Positions 50,263 to 59,664 of a DNA stretch of 64,000 bases are shown here, piece after piece. Source of the DNA: Desulfatiglandales bacterium (GTDB lineage: Bacteria; Desulfobacterota; DSM-4660; Desulfatiglandales; Desulfatiglandaceae). Made by a program: the position numbers and the translations under genes. A model generated the notes under the pieces. That model did not search any database, was not told the DNA's origin, and worked only from the letters and a program-made list of their open reading frames with translations. The stretch lies in the NCBI GenBank assembly GCA_963662465.1, contig OY759599.1:5408001-5472000 (forward strand), read 5' to 3'. Every line of letters starts with the position of its first letter. Positions within the stretch are counted from its first letter, which is position 1.

Positions 50263-51846
50263 ATGACCAATCCAAAGATCATCCTTTTTTTGTGTAATTG
50301 GGGGCCCCATTCCGCCTACCAGGTTCTCCAGGACCAAGCCGCCCCGATCCCCGGGGAAATTCAGATGGTGCGAATTCCCTGCACCGGAAGAATCAGCAAG
50401 GCCCTTCTCTTCAAATGTTTTGAGATGGGCGCGGACGGCGTGGCCCTGGTGGGCTGCACTTCGGGCGCCTGCCGATACGGCACCGGCACCACCAATGCGA
50501 AGGGGCATGTGGAAGACGCCCGGGGGATACTGGAATTGCTGGGGCTGGGAGAAGACCGTTTACGTCTGGCCACCTTCATGCCCGATGAATCGGAAGCCCT
50601 GCTCACCTTTCTTCAGACCTTCTGCTCTGATATCAGAACCATGGGATTAAGCCCGGTGACGCCCACGCCCATGAAAAAGCCCAAAATGGACCGGGGCGAA
50701 GCCATACGCTCCCTGGCCGCCCGTCATGATGTATACGCCTGCCAGGATTGCGGAAAATGTACCTCTTCCTGTCCCTTGACCCTTGTGGGAAAACCCTTTT
50801 CACCCAGAGCCACGGCCAATGCGGTTATTTCAGGCCAAATCAATTCCCCATCCGTGCAAAATGACATCTGGTCCTGCCTTACCTGCGGTCTGTGTTATGA
50901 ACGGTGTCCTTCGGCTGTGGATTTTTCCCTGTTTATTCGCGATTTGCGGGATGTGGTGGCCCAAAGCAGCCTGGATACCCATGCGGCCCACGGCGGGTTT
51001 TTCCATTCCCTCATGCGGACCATGACATCCGAAAAGCTGAAGATACGGCAATGGGAATGGCTGCCCAAGGATGTCGCCATCGACAGGAAGAGCAAGGTCC
51101 TGTTTTTTGGCGGCTGCGCGCCCTATTTTGATCTGTTCTTCAATCGACACCTGGGGCTGAAAACCCGGGACATTCTGGTGGACAGCATTCGGCTGCTTAA
51201 TTTTTTCGATATTCATCCGGCCATTCTGGAAAATTTGCGCTGTTGCGGCCATGATCTCCTCTGGTCCGGGGATAAGACCAACTTTTTGAAACTGGCCCAT
51301 CTCAACGTGGCGGCAATCCATAAGGCAGGCATCGAGGAAGTAGTGACCGCGTGTCCGGAGTGCTACCGAACCCTTTGCCGCGACTACCCGGAGCAGGGGA
51401 TTGCGCTGGATTTTAAAGTCACTCACATCTATGATTTTCTGGAAAATGAAATTGACAAGGGGGCCGTGGGCTTTAAACCATTGAACCGTAAATTGACCTT
51501 CCAGGACCCCTGCCGGTTAAGCCGATTTGAGAATCGCCCGGACCTTCCCCGGAAACTCATCAACCGGTTGAATCCGACGGCTTTCAGTGAAATGCGGGAC
51601 CACGGGGGCAATGCCATCTGCTGCGGCAACAGCGCCTGGATCGGGTGCGATTCATTCAGTAAGGCCCTCCAGGTAAAACGCATTCGGCAGGCAAAAGACA
51701 CGGGGAGCGACCTTTTGGTCACCGGTTGTCCCAAGTGCCAGATTCATCTCCGTTGCGCCATGGAAGATCCGTTTTTGGGCGAGGAACTGAAGATGGAGAT
51801 GAAGGATCTCACGAGCGTTCTGGCGGAAACGATATCATGGGAATAA
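50263..51846 (+). CDS. MvhD-like domain fused to an HdrC/HdrD-like ferredoxin + two CCG domains
   Basis: LFLCNW, RIPCTGR, GADGV; CQDCGKCTSSCP, CLTCGLCYERCP; CCG..CPEC; DPC..CCG..CPKC. Confidence 0.87.
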   Translation: MTNPKIILFLCNWGPHSAYQVLQDQAAPIPGEIQMVRIPCTGRISKALLFKCFEMGADGVALVGCTSGACRYGTGTTNAKGHVEDARGILELLGLGEDRLRLATFMPDESEALLTFLQTFCSDIRTMGLSPVTPTPMKKPKMDRGEAIRSLAARHDVYACQDCGKCTSSCPLTLVGKPFSPRATANAVISGQINSPSVQNDIWSCLTCGLCYERCPSAVDFSLFIRDLRDVVAQSSLDTHAAHGGFFHSLMRTMTSEKLKIRQWEWLPKDVAIDRKSKVLFFGGCAPYFDLFFNRHLGLKTRDILVDSIRLLNFFDIHPAILENLRCCGHDLLWSGDKTNFLKLAHLNVAAIHKAGIEEVVTACPECYRTLCRDYPEQGIALDFKVTHIYDFLENEIDKGAVGFKPLNRKLTFQDPCRLSRFENRPDLPRKLINRLNPTAFSEMRDHGGNAICCGNSAWIGCDSFSKALQVKRIRQAKDTGSDLLVTGCPKCQIHLRCAMEDPFLGEELKMEMKDLTSVLAETISWE

Positions 51847-51868
51847 TAACGAACCGTATCGAATTTAA

Positions 51869-51942
51869 TCACGCAAAGCCGCAAAGAACGACAGCGAAAA
51901 AAATGTTTCCGGAAAACTTTGCGTCTTGGCGCCTTTGCGTGA
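51869..51942. repeat. Intergenic inverted repeat
   Basis: TCACGCAAAGCCGCAAAGA ... TCTTGGCGCCTTTGCGTGA (17/19). Confidence 0.75.
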
Positions 51943-51996
51943 GATCTTTTATGTTCCGGTATATCCGGGTTAGGGAGTTAGGAATCAGAGGAAACT

Positions 51997-54432
51997 ATGG
52001 AAGCACAAGTGGTTGCAAAAAAAGAGCATGCACCATCGAACGATCTGCCCCGCATCGGAGTTTATGTCTGCCATTGCGGACTTAACATTGCCAAGACCGT
52101 GGATTGTGAACGGGTGGCGACCTTCTCTGGAGATCTTGAAAATGTAACGGTCGCTAAGGATATCGCCTATGCCTGCTCCGAACCCGGACAGCAGCAGATC
52201 AAGAGCGACATCCTGGAGCATCACCTGGACCGGGTGGTCGTGGCATCCTGCTCGCCCCGACTGCATGAGCCCACGTTTAAACAAATGCTCCAGTCGGCGG
52301 GGATAAACCCCTACCTCATGGAAATGGCCAATCTGCGGGAACAGTGCAGCTGGGTCCACATGCAGGAACCGGAAGCGGCCACAAAAAAAGCCATGGATCT
52401 GGTAAAAATGGCGGTCTCGCGCATTCGCCTGCTGGAACCTCTCGAGGAAGACACCATCCCGCTCACCAAACGAACCCTTGTGATCGGCGGCGGCATCGCC
52501 GGCATCCAGGCATCCCTGGATTTGGCCGACAACGGCTATGATGTGGTCCTGGTGGAAAAACATCCCACCATCGGCGGGATGATGGCGCAACTGGACAAGA
52601 CCTTCCCCACCATGGATTGCGCCATCTGAATCCTGGGGCCGAAGATGACGGATGTCGGTCGACATCCCAAAATTACACTATACACCATGAGTGAAGTGGT
52701 GGATGTCAAAGGGTATGTGGGGAATTTTGACGTTCGCATCCTCAAAAAAGCACGGTATGTGGATGAAAAAGAATGCACCGCGTGCGGGGATTGCGCCAAT
52801 GCCTGCCCCGTGGTGCGACCCGATGAATTCAACCTGGGTCTTTCGTCTCGGAAGGCCATCTATACCCCCTTTCCACAGGCCGTCCCTTCATCGTACGTCA
52901 TCAACGTCAATGAATGCCTGGGGCATAACCCGGTGGTGTGCGCCAAATGCAAGGACGCCTGCGACAAGGGGTGCATTGATTTCCACATGTCCGATGAGGA
53001 GATCGTGGAGAACGTGGGAACCATTGTCGTGGCCACAGGTCTTGAGGTGTATGATCCCACGGAAATGGATGAGTATGCCTATGCCCGGTTTCAAAACGTC
53101 CTCACCAGCCTGGAGTTTGAGCGCCTCATCAATGCAGGCGGACCGACACTGGGGGAAGTGGTGCGACCCACGGACCTGAAACACCCTAAATCCATCGGAT
53201 TTGTTCAGTGCGTAGGGTCAAGATCCGCCCGAAAAGGGGGCAGTTACTGTTCCAATACCTGCTGCATGAACACCGTCAAGAGCACCCTCATGCTCAAAGA
53301 GCACTACCCGGACATGGAGATCAAGGTTTTTTATATTGACATCAGGGCCTTTGGAAAAGGGTTTGAGGACCTCTACGCCCGAAGCCGACGCCTGGGGGTT
53401 CAGTATATCCGAGGACTTCCCGGTACGGTGCAGGAGAATAGCGAAAAGGGGTTGCGGGTGGCGGTGGAGAACACCGGCACCGGTTGTCTTGAGATGCACG
53501 ATCTGGATATGCTGGTGTTGGCCCTGGGGATGAAACCCGCCTCCAGTACCCAAAAGCTCCAGGAGATGCTGGGCCTGCAGCTCACCCCGGACGGATTTTT
53601 TCTGGAAGCCCACCCCAAACTGCAACCGGTGGATGCGGCTACTCGAGGCGTCTTCTACGCGGGTTGCGCCGAAGCGCCCAAGGACATCAAGGAAAGCGTC
53701 ACCCAGGCCTCCGCGGCGGCGGCCCGGGCCATCCGTCTCATGCACAAGGGGGAGATCACCACCGAACCCATCACATCAATGGTGATCGAGGAAAAATGCA
53801 AATCCTGCGGAAAATGCGCCGAGGTCTGTCCCTACAATGCCATCACCGTGGATGTGAAACGAAAGACCATTGCCTCCGTGAATACGGCAGCCTGCGCCGG
53901 ATGCGGCACCTGCGCAGCGGAGTGTCCCTTTGATGCCATCATCATGAACCATTTCACCGACGAGCAAATCCTCAACCAGGCCCATGCCCTCCTGGACAAG
54001 GAACCGGCGGAAAAAATCCTGGCATTTGCCTGCAACTGGTGTTCCTATGCGGGCGCCGACTATGCGGGGGTATCCCGGCTTCAGTATCCCCCCAACGTCC
54101 GTCTGATCCGCACCATGTGTTCCGGTCGGGTCGATGAAAAATTTATCTGGGACGGATTTAAAATGGGGGCCCCGGTCATCCTGGTGAGCGGGTGCCATAT
54201 CGGGGACTGCCATTATATCGACGCCAACCACTGGACCGAAAAACGCGTGAAAAAGATCCACAAAAAAATGGTCAAACTGGGAATTCGTCCGGAGCGGCTG
54301 CAACTGGAATGGATCAGCGCCGCCGAGGGGGTACGCTTTGCCGAAGTGATGACGCACATGGAGGAACTTCGAAAAGGTGTCACCTCAGAAGAAATCGACG
54401 AAACCATTCGAATCCTGAATGAAGAAAAGTAA
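51997..54432 (+). CDS. hdrA: Selenocysteine-containing HdrA-MvhD fusion (811 aa, Sec at TGA 52627-52629)
   Basis: The two listed ORFs are in the same frame. Reading through TGA gives KTFPTMDCAI-U-ILGPKM, the conserved HdrA DCxxC motif. Also GVYVCHCG, GGGIAG, QCVGSR, YCSNTCC and C-terminal MvhD FACNWCSY..MCSGR..GCHIGDCHY. Confidence 0.92.
52650..52667 (+). promoter_or_regulatory. Putative bacterial SECIS hairpin
   Basis: GGATGTC-GGTC-GACATCC; apical loop starts with G, 27 nt after the UGA. Confidence 0.75.
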
Positions 54433-54439
54433 AGTTGTC

Positions 54440-54498
54440 AGTTGTCAGGGGGCAGTTATCAGCAAGGCCTGCCCCCTGATAACTGCCCCCTGACAACT
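54440..54498. repeat. 23-bp perfect inverted repeat built from heptamer-like units; possible terminator of the hdr cluster
   Basis: AGTTGTCAGGGGGCAGTTATCAG ... CTGATAACTGCCCCCTGACAACT. Confidence 0.8.
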
Positions 54499-54506
54499 CA
54501 ACAGAT

Positions 54507-55724
54507 ATGCCCAAATCTCTCATCCTCAGCATTTTCAGCCGCCGGATGCTGGTGGCTCTGATCATGGGTTTTGCCTGTGGTCTACCGTTGCTGCTGACCA
54601 TAACGGTACTCCAGGCATGGATGAAGGAAGCGGGGGTGGATCTTACGGTCATCGGTATGATGGCCCTCGTAGGCCTTCCCTACACCTTAAAATTTTTGTG
54701 GGCGCCTTTTCTGGATCGCTTTACGCTTCCTTTTCTGGGAAGACGCCGGGGATGGCTCCTCATGGCTCAGCTGGCGTTAATGGCCTCCATCGGAGGCTTG
54801 GGGTTGACCGATCCCGCCAACAATCCCTGGATAGTGGCCTTTGCCGCTTTCCTGGTCACCTTTTTCAGCGCAAGCCAGGATATCGTGGTGGACGCCTATC
54901 GGCGGGAGGATCTCCCCGACGAAGAGCTGGGTCTGGCATCTTCCCTGTACGTCAACGGCTACCGGGTGGGCATGCTCCTGGCTTCCGGGGGCGGCCTCAT
55001 CATGGCGGATCATGTCTCCTTTAAGATCGTCTACTTCATCATGGCGGCCTGCCTGCTGCCGGGAATTTTCACCACCCTGCTCACCCCGGAACCGCCGACC
55101 CCTCTGGGCCGACCCACAACGCTCCGAGAAGCGGTCTTCGATCCCCTGGTGGAATATTTCACTCGGGCGGGAGCACTCTGGGTCCTGGCCTTTATCCTGT
55201 TTTACAAGATCGGCGATACCATGGCCAGTGCCATGACCACGCCTTTTTACCTGGATATCGGGTTTTCAAAAACCGAGATCGGCGCCGTGGTGAAACTCTT
55301 CGGTTTCTGGGCTACCATCGTTGGCAGCCTGATCGGCGGGGTGGCCATGATTCGGTTGGGGATCAAGCGGTCTTTATGGATTTTCGGCATTTTGCAGGCT
55401 GTATCCACCGCCGGTTTCGTTGTCCTTGCCCGGGTGGGCCATAGCGTACCGATGCTTTCAGGGGTTATCGGGTTTGAAAACCTCTCCGGCGGTATGGGCA
55501 CCACCGCTTATGTGGCGTTTATGGCCAGTATCACCAACAAGAAATTCACCGCCACCCAGTATGCGTTGCTCAGCAGTCTCATGGGCATTCCCAGGGTTTT
55601 GGCATCGGCCCCCACGGGCTATCTGGCCAAAAACATGGGATGGGAAACCTTTTTCATCGCCTGCACCCTCATCGCCCTGCCGGGGCTCCTGCTCCTTTTG
55701 AAGAAAACTCAGGATTTTCGGTAA
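54507..55724 (+). CDS. ampG: AmpG-family muropeptide MFS permease
   Basis: GFACGLPLLL, LKFLWAP..GRRRGW, SASQDIVVDAYR, FTATQYALLSSL. Confidence 0.93.
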   Translation: MPKSLILSIFSRRMLVALIMGFACGLPLLLTITVLQAWMKEAGVDLTVIGMMALVGLPYTLKFLWAPFLDRFTLPFLGRRRGWLLMAQLALMASIGGLGLTDPANNPWIVAFAAFLVTFFSASQDIVVDAYRREDLPDEELGLASSLYVNGYRVGMLLASGGGLIMADHVSFKIVYFIMAACLLPGIFTTLLTPEPPTPLGRPTTLREAVFDPLVEYFTRAGALWVLAFILFYKIGDTMASAMTTPFYLDIGFSKTEIGAVVKLFGFWATIVGSLIGGVAMIRLGIKRSLWIFGILQAVSTAGFVVLARVGHSVPMLSGVIGFENLSGGMGTTAYVAFMASITNKKFTATQYALLSSLMGIPRVLASAPTGYLAKNMGWETFFIACTLIALPGLLLLLKKTQDFR

Positions 55725-55991
55725 AAAAACATCTTGAAAACATAGGAATTTCCATTTTTGAAAAATCTAAGGTTGTTGCAGCAATGGAATTAAGGCTTTT
55801 ACCAGTGCAGCCACCTGAAATAACCCAAATATTCACAAGCCTATCCCGCCTGAACCGTGAAAAGAAACGTTGGTAAAAAAGTAAGTTGACAGAATGTTGA
55901 GCTTTGTGCCAAGGCATTGCGCATGCTAAAACAAGCTCGTCTTTACCAGCGTCCCCATCCACGCTTAATTTGACAATGTAACGGTACAATT

Positions 55992-56915
55992 TCAACTATT
56001 CAACTGCGATACCATATTCCGTAATTCTTCAATTTCAGACTGTTGTTTTCTGATTTTTTCCATCAGAAGCCGTTCTTTTTTTTCGTTTTCAGTCTTCAAC
56101 TCTTTAACAGCCTCTATCAGCACGGCGGTCAGCTTGGCGTAAGATACAGCCTTGTAGCCGTCTTTATCTTCAACCACCAACTCCGGCAGCACCTTTTCAA
56201 CATCCTGGGCCACCAAACCAATCTGCCGGCCTTCCTTAAAAGGCAGGTTCTCATATTGCTCCGTCTTCCATTCATAGCTCACCCCCTGAAGCGCGGATAC
56301 GCTGGCCAGGGAGGATTTTAGCGGCTGCACGTTTTTCTTCCAGCGTATATCCGAGGAAATGGATGTGGCGGTTGCCGTAAAATTGGCATTAATTTTCAAA
56401 AATTGATTATCGAATTCCCCGTAAATGAGGGGGGCTTCGGTCTCTGAATTAGCAATGTAGAGCTTGTTTGACCCGGTTTCTTCAAATCCTGCTCTGTAGC
56501 CCAAGAAGACGTTTCCGGATCCCTCCTGGTTATGATGCCCGGCGGAGCGTCCGAAAAATGAGTTGTAGTCCCCTTCGGTCTTATAATAACCGGCGGCGCG
56601 TCCGAAAAAGGAGTTGGAGTTCCCGGTGGTGTTTTCATGCCCGGTATCCAGTCCGAAAAAGGAGTTGGAGGTCCCGGTTTCGTTGGAGTACCCGGCACTC
56701 CGTCCGAAAAATGAGTTGTAGTCCCCGGTGGTGTTTTCTCCGGCATCCAGTCCGTAAAAGGTGTTAAACGTGTCTTGCGTTTCTTGCGGCGATACGATTC
56801 CCTCATGATCCGCTTCGGGTACTTCGGCCTCTGAAGCCACCTCAAGGGCAAATAGATTTTGTCCAAATACAAACAGCGCGACCAGTACCAGGTTGAACAT
56901 GATTCTCTTTTTCAT
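55992..56915 (-). CDS. Exported tail-fibre-like protein with 17-aa repeats and a peptidase S74 chaperone domain
   Basis: Signal peptide; NTTGDYNSFFGRSAG-type repeats (51-bp period); SSDIRWKKN, GLVAQDVEKVLPELV, VSYAKL..EAVKEL. Confidence 0.85.
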   Translation of the reverse strand: MKKRIMFNLVLVALFVFGQNLFALEVASEAEVPEADHEGIVSPQETQDTFNTFYGLDAGENTTGDYNSFFGRSAGYSNETGTSNSFFGLDTGHENTTGNSNSFFGRAAGYYKTEGDYNSFFGRSAGHHNQEGSGNVFLGYRAGFEETGSNKLYIANSETEAPLIYGEFDNQFLKINANFTATATSISSDIRWKKNVQPLKSSLASVSALQGVSYEWKTEQYENLPFKEGRQIGLVAQDVEKVLPELVVEDKDGYKAVSYAKLTAVLIEAVKELKTENEKKERLLMEKIRKQQSEIEELRNMVSQLNS

Positions 56916-57199
56916 TTTTTCTCCCTGTTTATATTAATTTATTAAGTGGATTAATGGTAAAACACAATACCATATTAAATTAACGGCTTATCTCATTTTT
57001 GGGATTCTGAAGGGGAGGCTTCCAAGCCCCTGAAAACCATGCAAGAGTCATTCAATCAGGAGTTTAGAAAGCAGTGAAGATCGTTATTGACAAAGCCGGC
57101 ATCGATGCCTATGGGAGCTCGGTTATTCCGTCCTCCCTTTTTCAGCCCTCTCCTTATTTCATCTCCAATTTGTCTTTATTATTCACAGCCGGTCGGAAG

Positions 57200-57742
57200 T
57201 CAACAGAAATAATTATGAGTCGTGCCTGACCGCTCTGGCGAGATATTTTCCGGACATATCGGTGATCTCCGCTCTGTCAAATCCGGTTTAGCCTTTCCCA
57301 TTAATGCATGATGACCTGTGTAGGGATATGTATCAAGTGTCGCTATCCCATTGACCAACCCGGCTCGTAAGGGGTTCAGATGAATATAACGGACCAACTC
57401 CTGAAAATACGGATCCTCCTGGCATAGAATAGATTTATAGCTATTCTGAAATAGATGACCATAACGGCGGTGTCTGCGATTGAAGTATATGGCATATCCC
57501 GTTAACAGACGCCGCATGATAGTAGCAATAGGGAATTCTCCGGTCCGAAGAAAAAGATGAAAATGGTTTGGAATAATCGCCCATGCATAGCAAATTGTTA
57601 CAGTGCCGGAAAGAATGTCTCCGAGGCGGCTTAAAAACTCATTGCGATCTTTTTTGTCCTCAAAGATCTTTCGTCTTTCGTTCCCCCTGGCAATAATATG
57701 ATGCAGCGCTCCTGGGGTATCTAATCGGGATTGTCTCGGCAT
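57200..57742 (-). mobile_element. REP-associated tyrosine transposase (RAYT, Y1_Tnp), probably 3'-truncated
   Basis: MPRQSR..HHIIARGN, PNHFHL (HUH), GHLFQ, RYIHLNP. Confidence 0.85.
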
Positions 57743-58155
57743 ACAAGACAACTGTCATAGTCAAACCATCTCTGCAAGATAAATATGGAAATGTGAAGAA
57801 CGAACAGCGCACGGTTGGCCTATGCTGCAGGGGTCTTCAACATTATGCGAACCCTTGCCGGCTTTTGCCATGGGTGCCTTGTTGCTGGTTCTTTTGACAC
57901 GCAGCGCTGATTTCAATTTCAACCGACTGATGACCCGGTGGGCGCATAAAAATGCCCTCGCCATGGCCTCTGGCGCCGTTTTGAAGTTTCTGGCGGTGAT
58001 GACGGCCATTGGCGCATTGCTGGTCCCGGTACTGCACCCGCCGCCGGGGAAATCGGAAGGAGCCTTTTGAATATCGTTCGATCCCTTCTGCTTTCAAAAG
58101 AATCTCCAGTTCTGACAACTGATAACTAACAACTGATAACTGCGGTTATGCCGCT

Positions 58156-58905
58156 TTAGAATTTTTTGGCCGCCTCTTTCAGCGTTTTCTGAACCTTTTC
58201 ATCAAACCAGCAATCCAGAAATGATTTGTTTTTGGTTTCGCGGTTTTGCCGGTACCTTAACGTCACTTCCTCAACCCGGTTGGCCTTGATCTCCGCGAAA
58301 GCCGGCGTCGGCAGGGCGCTCATTTCCTGAACTCTTTTGACGGCAGACTCGCGCACCCTGTCTTCTGGATGCACTTCGTCCACAAGACCGATGGCATACG
58401 CTTCTGAAGGGGACAGAAATTCACCACCCAGTATCATTTTGGAAGCGGCCCGGTCACCCACCACCTGCCTCAAAATCATATCGGCTAGGTAGGGAACTGG
58501 AACCCCCAGTTTGATTTCATTTAATCCGATTTTCTTTCCGTCATTATGGGTGGCCAGCCTTAAATCACAGGTGAGTGCCAAAATGTTGCCCCCGGCGACG
58601 GCGTGTCCTTCAACGGCGCAGACCGTTCCAAAGGGAAGGGTGTACAGATCAAAGACCAGGCGGTTAAAGTTTTTCCAGAAATCCGACATTTGGGTTCGGT
58701 CGAGGGGGAGAAGGGAAGGTAAATCCAGGCCGATGGATAAAAACCTGGTTCCACCGCACAACACCAGACCGGCGGCTTCTTTTTTGATTTGATCCAGCGC
58801 CGTTAAACATTCGCCCACCAGTTCCGGGCTTAGCGCATTGGTTACACCGTTTTTGAGCGTTATAACTGCCACCTGTCCCATATATTCAACTTGTATTTTT
58901 TCCAT
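58156..58905 (-). CDS. Enoyl-CoA hydratase/isomerase family protein
   Basis: SIGLDL, GHAVAGG..CDLR, GLNEIKLG, GLVDEV. Confidence 0.92.
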   Translation of the reverse strand: MEKIQVEYMGQVAVITLKNGVTNALSPELVGECLTALDQIKKEAAGLVLCGGTRFLSIGLDLPSLLPLDRTQMSDFWKNFNRLVFDLYTLPFGTVCAVEGHAVAGGNILALTCDLRLATHNDGKKIGLNEIKLGVPVPYLADMILRQVVGDRAASKMILGGEFLSPSEAYAIGLVDEVHPEDRVRESAVKRVQEMSALPTPAFAEIKANRVEEVTLRYRQNRETKNKSFLDCWFDEKVQKTLKEAAKKF

Positions 58906-58910
58906 GGCGT

Positions 58911-59252
58911 CTAAAGCTTTCCCATTTCGTCCAACAGCTTTAAAACCTTTAACCCTTCCCCGATACCCGTGGTGCCGCTCATGGACATGTTGACGGCAAT
59001 GGTTTCCAAAATTTCGGCCTTTGTGGCCCCCGCATCCATAGCCAGTGTGGCCTGACCCACAATGCAGTGATCGCAGCGGCTTCTGAGTGCGATTCCCAGA
59101 GCCATCAGCCGCTTTACCTTTTGGCTCAGCGCGCCGTCTTTGTAGACTTCTTCAAACTTGGCCATCTCATGGGTCATCACATCCGGCAACTGCTGCCCCA
59201 GTTTTTTTAGATAGGTCAGCCGCTCCTCGTTGACCTTCACCATGCTTTCCAT
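58911..59252 (-). CDS. Carboxymuconolactone decarboxylase/AhpD-family protein
   Basis: GALSQKVKRLMALGIA..CDHCI..GATKAEILE. Confidence 0.88.
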   Translation of the reverse strand: MESMVKVNEERLTYLKKLGQQLPDVMTHEMAKFEEVYKDGALSQKVKRLMALGIALRSRCDHCIVGQATLAMDAGATKAEILETIAVNMSMSGTTGIGEGLKVLKLLDEMGKL

Positions 59253-59387
59253 ACTTTTTTCTCCTTTACGTGAATTTTTTTCAGCTGATCCCGAAAAACC
59301 CTTCAAAAGTGATGGGTCATCAGGCGCATCGTCAAAAGAGATTATAGGGGCAAACAGACGGTAAGTTCAAGACCGTTTTGAGCGTTT

Positions 59388-59542
59388 GGCTCATCGTGGA
59401 TTCGCGTGAGATTTGGCTTCTGAGCCGATTGTAGGTGCGACTTCAGTCGCACATTAAGCCGACCCTGTGCGACTGAAGTCGCACCTACAGCCCGAACCGA
59501 AACAATCTCAAAGCGCGATTTCACGTTAATCCGCGATGAACC
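59388..59542. mobile_element. MITE copy 3 (155 bp) with REP doublet
   Basis: Same ends and body as copies 1-2; perfect 8-bp TSD GAGCGTTT. Confidence 0.93.
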
Positions 59543-59664
59543 GAGCGTTTTTAGCTCACAGCCTGCCTTGCATGCTTTATTTCTGTTTTTCATATTCCGC
59601 AAAACATGCTATGGAAGTTCGTAGTCTTGCCGAAAACCTGTTGCTGTAAAATGAGGTATCGGGA

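Noticed and set aside
55669..55995. 108-aa minus-strand ORF
   Set aside because: No recognisable motif and it overlaps the ampG 3' end
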